Position numbers and translations under genes: made by a program
Part shown: one piece after another, positions 49,744-62,600 of the stretch
Position numbering within the stretch: position 1 is the stretch's first letter
How the letters are laid out: each line of letters starts with the position of its first letter
NCBI RefSeq assembly: GCF_036321535.1
Contig: NC_087459.1
Location: 7,564,001 to 7,628,000 of the forward strand
DNA from: Camelus dromedarius
Taxonomy: Eukaryota
DNA: 64,000 bases
Direction: 5' to 3'
Notes under the pieces: model-generated
What the model was told of the DNA's origin: nothing
The model's input: the letters and a program-made list of their open reading frames with translations, nothing else
Database searches by the model: none

Positions 49744-51094
49744 GAGTATTTGCACAGATGCCTGAGAGTAACTCTTGGTGCTGTTATTAGCACCTCCAAT
49801 CGCGTGATGCTGCTTCTTGCTGTCTGCAGAATAAGCTGGTTCTGCTGGTAAGAAAATCAAGTAAAAGTGAAATGGATAGAGAATGTGTATTCAAAGGGCG
49901 GGATGCCCTCCTCCCAGCCTCACCTCTGGGACCCCTCCTGCTGCACCCATGTGTCCTCCAAGCTTCCCCTCAGGAAGGCAGGCTGGGCTGGGGGCTGGGA
50001 GTTCTGGCACTTGCCCGTTGACCTCCCTGTGCCTCAGTTTCCCCCATGACTATGTGATGGTGACGGCCTCACAGAGGCACCCTGAGGATCAGCACACGGA
50101 CACAAAAGACAGGAACCCTTCCTGCTGGCAGACTTGTCCCCAAACCCCTGGGGTCTTCCCTCTGCTCATCTCACTTCAGCCTCACAGTGACTCCCTCAGC
50201 CCATCCCCAGAATGGCTGGTGGAGACCTGGGCAGCTTTCCTGCCTCCCCTGCCCAGACTAGGGGGTCCTGTGTGAAACAGATGCCTCTCTCTGCACCCCC
50301 CAATCCCTGCTCTCCATAGCCCCTGCCTCCCCCAGGGGGCTGGGGCCAGAATGTGGGGCTTGGTCCACTGAGGCTGCCATGGGAAAAGCGTGGGAACCCT
50401 CACAAAGCTCCAGAGACTCCTTAACCGGGGCAGACTGGGAATCTCTCCGGGCAGGAGCTTTGCTCGCCCGGCTCCTCGTGCCAGGGGGCAGCCAATGGCC
50501 TCCCCCAGGACCCCGCAAAGGGTTAAGGTGCTGGAGGCCTGGTGGGAGTGTGGGCGTCCCGGGCGGGCGGGCAGAGCAGCCGGGCTGGTGCAGGGCCAAG
50601 AGCTCCAGCGAAGGCGCTGCATTTTAATGAATCATTATTGCCGGGGAGGCCTTTGTCTTGCTTTATCCGGTGCACAATAAAAGAATTAATTAGACAGAAA
50701 ATGGCAGGGCAAGGAACTGACAAGTCATTAAGGGCTGCTGAATGACCGATGAGATGCACGCCGGGGTGGATTTCGGCTCCGGAATGATAATGGCCGGGCG
50801 GGTGCTTTGTATGCGCGACCAGCCGGCCTCTGTGCCGCATTGTGGGCGCTGCCATTGTGGCCGGCCAGGGCGGGCCAGCGCGGGCCTGACTCTCCAAAGG
50901 CCAAGCGGGCAGCAGGGATCGGCCGACGAAATCGATGTATTAATTTTTGTGTGCAGACACAGCGTAAATATTTGGACGCAGAGGGGACTTCGGGGTGGGC
51001 CTTTTGGCCCTGGGACTCGACTTCTCAGCTCAGGGGACAGGGCTGGCTGTGGGGGTGCTCCCCACCCCGTGAGAGGCAGAAGGCAGGGATGGGG

Positions 51095-51226
51095 GTAGGA
51101 GAAGGAGGGAGACGAGAGGAGAGGAAAGAGGAGGAGGTAGGTAAGGCGAGGAGGGGAGAAAAAAATGAGAGGAGAGGGGAACAGGAGGGGAGGGAAGGAG
51201 GAAGGGGAGAGGATAGGGGGAGGGGA
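51095..51226. repeat. Polypurine (GA-rich) low-complexity tract
   Basis: About 130 nt of almost pure G/A. Confidence 0.85.
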
Positions 51227-52589
51227 ACCTTGAAGACCCAGAAGAAACTCTTCCCAGAGCCAGGCTCCGCCATCCTTAGCTGCTGCTGTCATGGTTATTT
51301 AGACGTCACCAGGGGAAAAGTGCCACCCACAGATCCGGCTCTCCCACCCAGAAAAATCCAGCTCCTCCAGGAGGGCAGGAGAAGAGAGCCTGTGAATTAG
51401 GCCTGCATCGCAGGGCCCGTGGGAGACCTGCCCCTCCCTGTGGTCCCCCTGGGGGCTGGGTTTGGAAACTGCCCAGCTCCCTGGTTTCCTGCTTCTTTAC
51501 AGCAACTCCAGTGCCCCACCCCAACTCCCGGTGTAGTCTTAGGGACAAGAGGGAGGGGGGTCTCCCCTGCCCAGAGTGATAGGAATGTGGGAGAACGAGC
51601 AAAGTGTGTCAGCTGGTCAGACGACGCCCCTTCCCCGACACCCCTTCCCCGGCTGGATGTGGAGGGACAGGTGAACACACTGCTGGGACCCTCTGACCAG
51701 CTTGAGATCCTGGCAGGAGGCAATGGCAGCCCCAGCTGACAGAGGATGAGAGTGCGAGGATGTGTCTCTTGTCCCAGGACTTAAGCCCAGGCTGGGTGGC
51801 AGGGCTGGGTCGCAGGCACTGCTCCTGGGCTACTGAGACCCTCAAAGGATGGGGACTCCTCTGTCCAGAGGGTAGCCTCTTGTTCATGAAAAGGGCGAGT
51901 GCTGGATAGGGGGGACTCCACCAAGCCAGGGCTGCAGAGAGCAAAGGCCACACTTATTTCCAGATAACAAGTGTCCTGTTGGTTGTCAGGGCATCCAGAC
52001 ACCACTGAAAAGCACTGCTGATGCTTTTGCAACTTGCCATCCTATGCATCCTATGGTTGTGTGTCCTCCCTCCCCATCTGAGCGCGAGACTAAGGTGGGC
52101 CTGACAGCCTGGATATCACCCCTGAGGAGGGGGAGCTTCCCCTCCCTTCTTCCCACTTCCTGGGACCACTTGGGTTCTCTAAGGGACTTGTTAAATAGTC
52201 AGGGAGGGAGGGATAGATGAAGGTGGCCAGAGGGCCTGGGTGACCCTGGCTCTAGAAACCTGAGTCTTCTACCTTTTCCCAGGCAGGGAGAGGGCTGTCA
52301 AGGCAGGGTCATGGTGCCTCATGTCTGGGGGCTTGGGCCCCCCAGGGTGCACAGCCCTGGACAAGTTAACGGTCTCTCTGGCCCCTCTGTAAAATGGGAA
52401 AAATAGTCCCCAACTCCACAGGAACTGTATTCAGGAGCGTGGGAGATGCATGTGGGCAGCGCTTAGCACACAATTTGGTTAGAAGCAGTCACTAAAGACA
52501 CATCACCCAAAGTTGTCATTGAGATAAAGTGATAGGACTCACACCTCAGCAAGGAATCAGCCTGCTGTACAGGGCTGATGTGCTCTCCA

Positions 52590-52870
52590 TCCCTCATCCA
52601 ACCATCCTTCCTTCCATCCATTCATTTGTCCTTCTTTCCATCCGCCTGTCTACCCACCCACCCTTCCATCCTTCCATTTTGCCATCCATCCTTCCTTCCA
52701 TCCATCCAGTGACCATCATACACCAGGCACTGGGCTTTGAAGGAGAAGGAGACTGACCTGGCCCTGCCCTCTCTCAGTCTGGCAGGAAAGAGTCACACAG
52801 GACAAGTGCAAGGGACTGTAGGAACCTATACAAGGAGCAGCCTGCTCTGTGGGTTGTTAGGGAGGTTTCC
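52590..52870 (-). repeat. (TCCA/TTCC)n degenerate microsatellite plus L2 remnant
   Basis: ccatccttccttccatccattcatttg...ccatccatcc followed by caccaggcactggg, an L2 3' end in reverse. Confidence 0.7.
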
Positions 52871-55800
52871 TCAGAAAGTTGCTTCTCCCTGAGAAGTTTC
52901 CACCAAGTCTTGCTTCTGAGCAGGGGTCTGGGAGCTGAGCCCTCACCTGGTTCCAGTCCTGGTAAACCGCATCATCTTTCGCTCTTTCACTCAGCCCTTG
53001 GGAGAGCTCACCTGGTCAGCTTTGGCTGGCTCTTTGCTTGCTGGACCTGACTGCACAGTAGCACTGAGGAGACCTAAGTCATGCCCAAGGCAGGCTGAGC
53101 TGCAGTGGTGAGACGCAGGAGCAGCCCCTCACAGCTATGGGTCCTGGGGCTTGGTGACCAGTAAGATGCCTGATTCACTCCAGTTTCTCCAGACATTTCC
53201 AGTTTTAGCACTGACAATCGTGTCCTGGGAGGCCCTCTGTCCGTAGAGAATGAGAACAGTGGTCACTCATTAAACAGGTGTGGGAGGTTCCACACTGCCC
53301 AGGACTGTCTGTGAAAACACACACTTTCGGGTGGGAGTGGGGGTGGGGGCAGGGATGGGGCAACCACATCCCCATATGGGCGGCATGCCCCTGGGTGGCC
53401 TTACAAGCTCAACAGGGTCAGGGCCATGACTGTGCTTGACCTTCACCCATGACCTCGGCTGTCCTGGACAGAGACCAGATGCTCAGGGAGTGTCTGCTGA
53501 GTGAGTGAATCTGTGAATTAATGAAAGAGCAAGATAAGGCCAGTCTCAGCTCTTCCAAAGAGTGAAGCCGGATGAAGGCCCAGTGGTCACAGAAGGGCAA
53601 GGCAGCAGGAGGGAGGGAGACCCAGGGTCCTTACTGCTTCCTCTTTCAAAATTTCCCAGGTGGTGAGAACAATTTGTACAGGAGTGGCAGGGAGTGAAAA
53701 GGGGTGGCTGACAATGTCAGAGGCACAGAGGAGGCTTCAGGAGCCCTGGGCATCTCTGGTTTGCAGTCTAGTGGTCCATGCATGGTGAATTGTGAAATAG
53801 AGATGGTGGTGGTGCTAAGTGCATGATATGGGGAGGGCTGGCTTGCTCTGAGCTATGTAATTTAGGACAGTGACTAACATTAGTGATGGTAACCTTGAGT
53901 TATCAAGAAATAGCTGAAGCATGTGCTGAACTCCCTTCTCCAGAAGGGGTAGCACCTGCCAGAAAGGCCAAAATTAAGGAGGGAGAACTTGAAGTGCTGG
54001 AGAGGACGTAGGGAACCAGGTCCTTATCCTTCAAAATTGCTCCAGTTCCACCTGCTGCTGACATGTGGGGTGCACTAGGTTCTCTGTAGGATGCAAATGC
54101 CCTTCGAGTAAGAAAATAAATTATGATCTTTCCAACTCGGGGCCCAGTGCAGCTAGGAGAAGGAGCCAGGCATTGAGGAACCTCCCAGAGGCAGAGATCA
54201 CCATGAAATACCATCCATATCCAGGACAAGAGTTTCTGTGTCTTGTTTTGGTTTTGTTTTTTAAGGCAGGGCAGTGAGAAAAAAAAATTAGGGAGATTTC
54301 TTCCAAAATCAGTTCAAAGTTCTGTTGATTGCTGTCTGGAAAGCAGAGTCTCTGGAAATTTTCTCCCCAGAGTCTGGGGACTCATGTCCTGAAGTCTCCA
54401 CATTCTGGAACATTCTTTTCTATTCAGCAAATGGAAAGAAAGTGTCCCCAAGACAGGTAAGTGGCTGCAATGAGAGCCTTTTGTCAATTCTCAGGTGTCT
54501 GGGGGCACTTTTCCTCCACTGAGGGTGAGGAAGGCAGGAGCCCCCTCGCAGTTTTCCAAATCCCCAGAAAGGATATTGGGGTGGGAAGTGTGGGCCTCTT
54601 AAAAGGGGAAACCTACACTCTCTCTGGGGACCTTGGGAGATGCCCATTTAGTAAGGGGCTGGGGAGCAGGCAGGAGTACAGAAGGAGGTGGGGGTCCTGA
54701 GGACAGCAGTCACGTATGCAGTGTGCACAGGGCCCCAAGCTGGTCTGTGCTCAGCCAGCATGATCTCAGCAAAGGTCTGAAGGGTCTGTGATTTCCCCAC
54801 GGTCACCCTGCTGGCCAGGACCCCAGGTTAAGCCCTGGACAGAGGAGCAAAGTGGGACAAAGACCCAGCGGCAGGATGAATTAATGAAAGGCTCTGCTGC
54901 TGTAAAGAAGGGCGCCCCACACCTGTCTGCCCTCTGAGCAGTTGGGGGTGACTGGCCTTTGCCATGTCAACTGGACAGAAGGGACTTGTGGGCCCAGATG
55001 TTCCTCCTGGGCTCTGCCTCCCCCTGTCATGCCGCATCAACCCCGAGCTGTCCTGCAGGGGGACCAGAATGTACTGGAGTTGCCCACTGAGGAAGCATTC
55101 TTGAATGTCTCAGTTAGAGGACAATCCTGAAGCTGAGAGAAGTTCTGGACCCCTCTGAACGCCCCCGGGGAGGGCAGTGGGCACATTTGGATGCGCAGGC
55201 TGGCCCTGAGGCCAGGGAGGCCCCATAGGCACCCTTGGGAGCTGGCTTGGTTGGTGGGTGAGGGTCGAGTGCACACAGGGGGCTGCTGGACGCAGAGTCT
55301 GGCCCAGCCCTGCACCGTGACCACCAGGCTGGGTGGGAGGTGCAGGGACACCAGGCACCCTGAGCAGGAAGCCCTGGCTGGAGTATTTCCTTCCATGAAA
55401 CACCAGCCCCAGTCCCACAGGCTGGGCAGAATGATGTCACAGGCCAGGCTGAGCGGGGGTTTTCATCGCCTTGGGAATGCCTACGGTATCGGGGATGGAG
55501 CAGGCGCTGTCGCGGAGGAAGACAGAGCTGGAGATTTGGGGAGGTGGACGACCTGCTCCCATCTGGCAGGAAAGTTGATTTCTTGCAGAGCAGAGACACA
55601 GCCAGCTCGTGGTGCCTTTGGAAAGGAGACAAATCACATCTCAATTGTGATGGGGTGATGGGGTCACGGAGCCCTCGCCCCCGCCTCCCGCTCCGCACAG
55701 CCGGGTGTGCATTCGGCGGGGCTGATTCCCCTCACGCGGGCGCCCCGTCACCTGTTCCTCCCATTTGCGAGCTAATTCCGCAGAGTCCGTGGGCGGCGGC

Positions 55801-58579
55801 AGGCGCGGCAGATCCGGAGTGTGGGCGCGGCCGCTCCCTGCCGTTACAAAACAGCCCAAGCGGAGGTTCATTTGCATGAAGCCCCGGAGAGAATTCCCAC
55901 CCAAATCCTTCTTGATTTTGAGCCCCTGAAGCTCTAGTCTGTAAAATGACTCCCCACCTCTGCCACCCGGATGGATACTGGGACCCCAGCCAGAGGCCGC
56001 TTCCATGATGCCTCCTGGTTCCCCTGGGCCAGGCACATCAGGGAAGGCTCAGACTCAACTTACCTGTCTGGGAAATGGGCACCCAAGTCTGTCTGCCTGG
56101 GGCCCTCAGAGGGGTGAGAGAACCACTGGGGAAGAAGAGTGGCTTCCCCCACCGGCGACAGGCGATCCTGGTGGAGCCTAAGCAACAAGATTGAAATGTT
56201 GAGTGTGAGATTTGTCTGCAGCCATGGGGTGGAGAAGTCAGAGCCAAGAATGCTGGGGCCATGATCTGAGGCTAGGTGGCCCTGGGGGAGGATGCCTATG
56301 AAACAAAGACTCGTCTGCCCAGTGGTCCCAGAGACCCTACCCTGGGGCCCTTGGAGGTGCACACAGGCCCCAGGAGCTCTTGGAGCAGGCAGGGGAGGGC
56401 ACCCTGGGGGAGGTGCTGGAAACAATGAACAAGGTGTAGGGACTGGTTCCTGGGTGGGAGTTGAGCACGACACAAATTGCCTGGCCCAGTGGGTGCTCCA
56501 AGAAGACATCCCTGGGTGGGGACCACGAGGAGGAGGGTGGAAGAGATGGGCAGGGAGGGAGGATTCAATGGGGAGAGCCCAGCCCAAGACTTTCCTGCAC
56601 CCAAGACTTAAAGGGAGAGAAATGGGAGAAGAAGGAAGCAGTTGGCTTGGCTGGAGCGGCTGGCACAGGCATTTGCCACTTCCCAGGAGACCTGATGTGG
56701 ACAGAGTGGGTTACCTGTCTGTTTCCGGAGTGGGGGAAGAAGGGGATGATGCTTCAACCAGATCATCCTACAAGCTGCTACCATTAACAGGGCATCTCTT
56801 CTGGGAGAAGGGGCGAGTGGTATCCTCGGCCCCGAATATGCCCACCCCACCTCTCCCTGGCTGGCCCCTCTCACCGATGGCTCACACGCCTCCTCTTCCA
56901 AAATGCCTCCTACACTGCCTCTAACAATAAGCCCAATTGATTATTTCCCCTGGAGCCCAGGTCCCCATCAGCAGTTGTCACAACGGGTGGGACTCCTGCC
57001 CACACCCCGTGAACTTGGAGAGTGCAGTGGCTGACCCCAGCATCTCATGCTGGGCACAGGAGCTGCTCATCAGCGCTGGATGGGGGCTCTGGGGGCAGAG
57101 TCTGGGTGGGAGGTGCTTGGGCACATCCCTGGCCCCACCTGCAGGCTGAGTTCTGGCACCCTTCACTCCTTGTGATATCTCTCAGATTCCCTGCCTAGGC
57201 AGGCGTCTCCCCATTTGGCTGATGGAGGACTGAGGTCTCCAGGTCATAAGGTATAAGGTGGCAGAGACTGGTAAATCCTCTTGGGTTGCTGTCCAGATGA
57301 TGTAGGGTACAGGGAAGTGTGTAGACCTCCAGGGAGCAGGAGGGCCTTTTCCTTGTGACCCCAGACCTGGAAAACCAAAGTAGTCTTGCAGACTTCTGAG
57401 AGCCTGGCCTGGGAGAGACAGCAGGAGCCCCCTGGGGGACTCCTGCCATGAACTCTGGGTGACCAGACCCTTCCTGCTGCCCATGGGCTTGGAACCCTCC
57501 ACCTAGAGGTGGGCACAACTGACACCTCTGACCTCAGACAAAGCAAGAAACGGGCCCAGGTGCTCAGGAGGGCCTCACCTCGGTCCACAAGCCTGGCTGC
57601 TCCGGGATCCTCCCTGTGCAGGGGAGCTTACTACCTAGCTGGGCAGTCCCAGGGAAAAGGGAGAACCTGTGACACCAGGCTGGGGCAAGATCTCCCAGAA
57701 GCTCCGTGGGGTCCATTCTTTCCCTGCCCAAGTTTCTTAGTGACCTTGATAAGTGGCCAGTCCAAGCTCAGATGCTGGCTCTGTCCAAGGCGAGGCCGGA
57801 GGGAGCAGCGCCCTCGGATGGGAGCCCCAGGCCCTGGAGAGAGGCCACCTGTCAGCAAGCTCCTGCTCCTGGACACGCCGTGTCTGGCTGAGAATCGGCG
57901 GGACTGGCTCTCAGGCCACGTGGGCTGAGTTTGGGGGTCTGGCTGCTCCAGAAAATCAAAACCACATTTTCTCCCCTGGAGCTACCCAGAGTGTTTTAAA
58001 CTAGACTCGGAAAACTCATTTGGACATATGCCGTTTCCACCCCGGAGGATTTGATTTCCCCTGGAATGCCCGCAGAAAATCAGCTGGAAACTGAGTTCAG
58101 GACAGTGGAGAGGGAAGGCCCGGATCCTGGGCGGGCTGGGGGGCTCGGCAGTCTTGGACATGCCTCTCAGCCTGTCTGGGCGCTGCTCCTCACCTGCAGA
58201 TGGGGGTCCATGGGGATCAGGCCACAGGACACAGGTGGTCCCTTTATGCCTGGCTCGAAGTCTGCTTCTGGAATGATGGGGACTGCCCCTCGGTGGGGAC
58301 AGTAGGCGTGGAGTGACCTCCGAGAACAGGGAATTAGTGTTTCCACACAGAGGGGCAGCTGGTTCAGCCACCAGGACCTGCAATGTCACACCTGGGCTGT
58401 TAAAATTAGTGAAATCCAAAGCATCCCTGGAAAGCCTGTCCCCAGAATAAACCGCTTCAAAGCTGATGCTTGGTGTGCAATGGCTGGAGATGTGGGCTGG
58501 AGCCAAGCATGGAGGCTCAGAAGCCCTTACTCCCCTGGTCCTGGGAGAATAGGTGACAAGGGTCAGACTAATGGGTGAC

Positions 58580-58940
58580 CAAATGTGGTCCATCCACACT
58601 TGGCATATTACTCAGCCACAAAAAAGAATGAAGCACTGACACAGGCTACAACACGGATGCACCTCGAAAGCATGATGCTCAGTGAGAGAAGCTAGACGCA
58701 GAAGGCCACATAGTGTGGGATTCCGTGTGTGCGAAGCATCCAGAACAGGCAAATCCACAGAGACAGAGTGCGGAGGGGAAGGGGCATGGGGAGCAGCTGC
58801 TGATGGGGACCGGGTTTCTTTTGGGGCAATGGAAAACTTCGAGAACTTGATAGAAGTGGTGGTCCCAGCACGTTCTGAATGTACACTTAAAATAGTTAAT
58901 TCTATGTTATATGAATCTCACCTCAATAAATTAAAGTAGA
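58580..58940 (+). mobile_element. L1MB-type 3' end fragment
   Basis: atgtggtccatccacac...ctcagccacaaaaaagaatgaagcactgac...ctcagtgagagaagc...ggcaaatccacagagacag...gtacacttaaaatagttaatt...tctcacctcaataaa. Confidence 0.8.
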
Positions 58941-60644
58941 AAGACTCACAGCAGCCAAAATGACTCAGATTTGGGGGTGACTCATCCAGACTATTTGCAT
59001 TATGGTCATTTAGAGAAAAATCTGACCTTTTCCCAAAACTGAAAGACCAAAGTGACATCACCCGGGTGGCAGAGGGCAGAGGCATGATGGATAAGCAGGG
59101 ACCCCTTCCGCCAGGTGGTTGGTGTCCCTTCAAGGAGGGAGGTCCCCCAAGCAGTGGTGAGGGAGTGGCTTTCCACTTGAAGAAATGAAAGTCCTTGTCA
59201 GGGCTGGACCCAGCAAATGCGACCAGAGGCCTGGACCTGGCCAGGGTTGTGGGGCCAGGAGCCTGGACAGCCTTGGCCTTCTCGGGAGAAGTTGGCCTGG
59301 AGAAGATGCTACAGAGGTGTGCGAGGGCATGTGGCCTCCCTGGGGGCGTGGACGCGGCTTGGCGAGCACCCAGAGGACCCTGCTCAGAGCCGAGGACTCA
59401 GAGTGAGGAGATGATACTGGAACCAGAGCCTCCTCAATCCATCCCCCCATGTCTGGCCCCACGTGCTGTGTGCACCCCTGGTGAGCACCTCAGACACACA
59501 CACCCTGCACCTGTCTACCCAGTCCTGTGGGGCCCAGGGGCTTCGTCCTCCTCCCCAAGTCACTCTCCGAGGAGTGGGCAGACCCCAAGGAAATTCTCCA
59601 GGCTTCATGGAAAGGGCTGCCTATGGCTGGAGTCCGAGATGGGACCCCTCACACCTCTCAGCTAGGCTGGAAGCCCAGATGCGGCCCCTGAAAGGACTGG
59701 AGTAGCCGCTGTTCCCTTAGAGTTCCACTTGCCCTGCTACCCAGACAGCAGCATGAGATAACTTCCTCCCAACCAAAGTTTGCCCATGTAACGTGTCTTT
59801 TCACTGTTGTCGGCTGTCAGGCCCCATTAACAGTCTAACAGTCAGGTGGGAGGCTGGTGGATCCCCAGGGGGTGCAGGAAGGCCTTGGTCTCCAGGGAGT
59901 ACTGGCCCAGGGCAATGGCCCCTGGTACTCCAGAGGCTGTGGCATCTCAGGGAGTAGTGGCTCCTCTGTGGCCAGGCCTCAATTTTGCCAGGGTGGGCAG
60001 ATGGGGCTGGCCTGCATGGCAGAGATGGGCACAGGGGCCACTCCTGCAACAGTGGCAGCGGTGGCCCCTGGGGGCAGAGAGGGAGGAGAGGCTTTCTGGG
60101 CACAGGTCACTCAGGCCTGTCTGGGAGCTGCCTCTGGTGGGCAACTGTGTACCCTCTGCCTACCTCTGCTCCTGAATGTGGTGTCCCGATCCATCACATC
60201 GCTGGTAGTAGTGATGGCTGCTGTGGAAATGAGACCTTCTCCTCCAGCACCAGCCAGAGCACTTACACTCATGACCTCAGGTGGGGACTTGGTTGTACCC
60301 ACTTTATAGGTGGGGATACTGAGGCTCAGAGAGGTGATGCACCTGGCCTAGGTGTGGCCCTAGCACTCCCAGGGGGTGAGACAGTAAGTTAAAATTCTTC
60401 TCCAGCATCTCCCCACACCCTGCCGTCCTGCATGCCCCCTGGGGTTCCCATGAGCAGAGGCCTGGGATCCCTGGACAGTGAATGTGTCCCCATCTGCACG
60501 CCCTGCCCGAGGCCTGGGAATGGGGGGATTATAAGTGCCCTGTCCATGGGGCCAAAGGGGGATGACGGACCTGCAAAGCTCTGAGCCCCTGGTCGGTGAT
60601 TCTTTTTTTCACCATCACCTGGGATGATTGTCAGAGATAAGCTC

Positions 60645-61010
60645 TCACAGGCAGAGTGTGTCCCTGAAATTCCTGTGTTGAAGTCTGAGCCCCTCTTCTT
60701 CAGGACTGACTGTATTTGGAGAGGAGGATCTTTAGAGAGGTGACGAAGGTAAAATGAGGTCCTTAGGGTGGGACCTAATGAACGTGACTGATGTCCTTAG
60801 GAGATCAGTACACAGATACGCAGGGAAGACCACAGAGGACACATGGAGAAGGCAGCCGTCTGCTTGCCAAGGACAGAGGCTCAGGAGGAGCCAGCCCCGC
60901 TGACACCCTGATCTGGATGTCCAGCCTCTGGGACCAGGGGAAACACATTTCTGCTGTTGAAGCCACACGTCTGTGGGGCTTGTTTCTGGCAGTCCAAGCA
61001 GACAGAAGCC
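60645..61010 (+). mobile_element. MaLR LTR (MLT1-like)
   Basis: tgtgtccctgaaattcctgtgttgaagtc...gtatttggaga...aatgaggtcc...gggtggga.ctaat...gactgatgtcctta...ccagcct...atttctgctgttgaagccac follows the MLT1 pattern. Confidence 0.8.
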
Positions 61011-62479
61011 ACTGAAGGATTTGCATGTCAAGTGCAGTGTGACTTAAGGCAGCTGCGTCCACATTCTGGGAGAGGTTCCAGAAGCGTCTGTGATCTTGAC
61101 GTCTACCCATCAGGGTTCCACGCTACCTGTGCAGACCCCCCTTTGCAAGAAGCACAGCGCGGACACACACGGCGCCTGGTCTCACGCTGGCCGTCCCCCA
61201 AACCAAACCTTGGCATCAATACCCCAAGGAGAAGCCGCCCCGGAATGTTCCGCCCTGGCTCCACGCCTGCCTGGGCTGCATGGCAGGCACAACGGTGAGG
61301 TTCACACTCCTGGTAGGTTTAATACCAAGGTTTCAAGGCTTCTTTCCCCCTCAGAAGCCATTAATGAACTTTTCATGACAAAAACCCTGTTATTTTTCCT
61401 AATGTAAAGATGGTGCCCCACGTGGAGCCTCAGGTGGTTTCCAACCCTGCACAAACATTTCAGGGGCCCGCGAAGCATGGCAGGCATGGGCGACTCCACA
61501 AGCCCCCTGTGGGCCACTGGGCCCCCCACTCTTGGGCTGGGTCAATATTGATGCAAATTGAAGCGGGCCCTGGCCAGGACTTCACGGCGGAGGGAGCTTG
61601 CAAGGCAGCTGTGGGGCTGCCGCCTGAGGTCTCGGGCCCCGAGCTGGACGGAATCCCAGAGACAGGCAGAGATGGGGTGCTCTGGGCAGAGATGAAGGTT
61701 GTGACAGAGATGGAGGCTGTGGGCTGGGATGCGGCTCCAGCACCTGCGTGGGCACCACCCCTAGTCTCACAGAGGCTGATTCCTTTTCTTTGCAAAATCA
61801 AGTGAGGGAGAACTTCCCTACCTTATCTCAGTTAAGGCTCAGTTTATAAAATGTCAGTTTCAGATGGGCATCTCGGTTGGTGAAACTGTCCCCATTTCTC
61901 TGAGCACCCTGCTTGTCCCAGACCCTGCAGCAGCCCCTGGCCACAGAGGGATGGTCTCTCCAGGGGATGGTCATCCTGACCCCAAATGCGTTTTGGAGCT
62001 GAAAAGTCAGTCTCACAAACCCAGGGCTGCGGGGCGGTGAGCTGGGAACTCTCAGTGAACCTCTCTGTCTCCAGTGTGGACATGTGTGTGGGTTCAAGTT
62101 CTACCCTTCTCGGCCTGCCCACTGCCTCCTTCCAAATCCTTGCTGTTGGCAGGAAGAAGCAGCCCGGCCCAGTGGCTGCAGACCCAGGCCCATGGAGCAC
62201 ACTGTTACTGTCATGGAGCAGGATGTCATGGGGCATCCTGGAGAGGCCTCAGGTCCACCTGACCCAGCCTGCTCTCTGGGACTCCCCATCTTCTCCTTGC
62301 TTACAACCAGAGCTGGAGAGCTCACCCTCTGTGGTGGCAGGCACACTTGGTAGGATGGCTTGAAGCGCAGCAAAGCTTCTCTGATGGCTTCTTCCTTCAG
62401 CTGGTCCTCCTGGACACGTTACAAGGCTCCCCGCTCCCTATGCCTGTCTCACCAAGTTGGGACATTCAGGGGCTGGGGG

Positions 62480-62600
62480 ACAGGTGGAGGCAGTGTCTTC
62501 AAGGTCCTGTCCAGCAGCAGCCAGCCTGGCTAGAGAGAGAAGTGGGCCTGTGAATGAATGAGTACATGAGTGAATGAATGTATGAATGAATGAATGAGTT
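62480..62600 (+). repeat. L2 3' tail with (GAAT)n
   Basis: gtgaatgaatgagtacatgagtgaatgaatgtatgaatgaatgaatgag. Confidence 0.65.
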
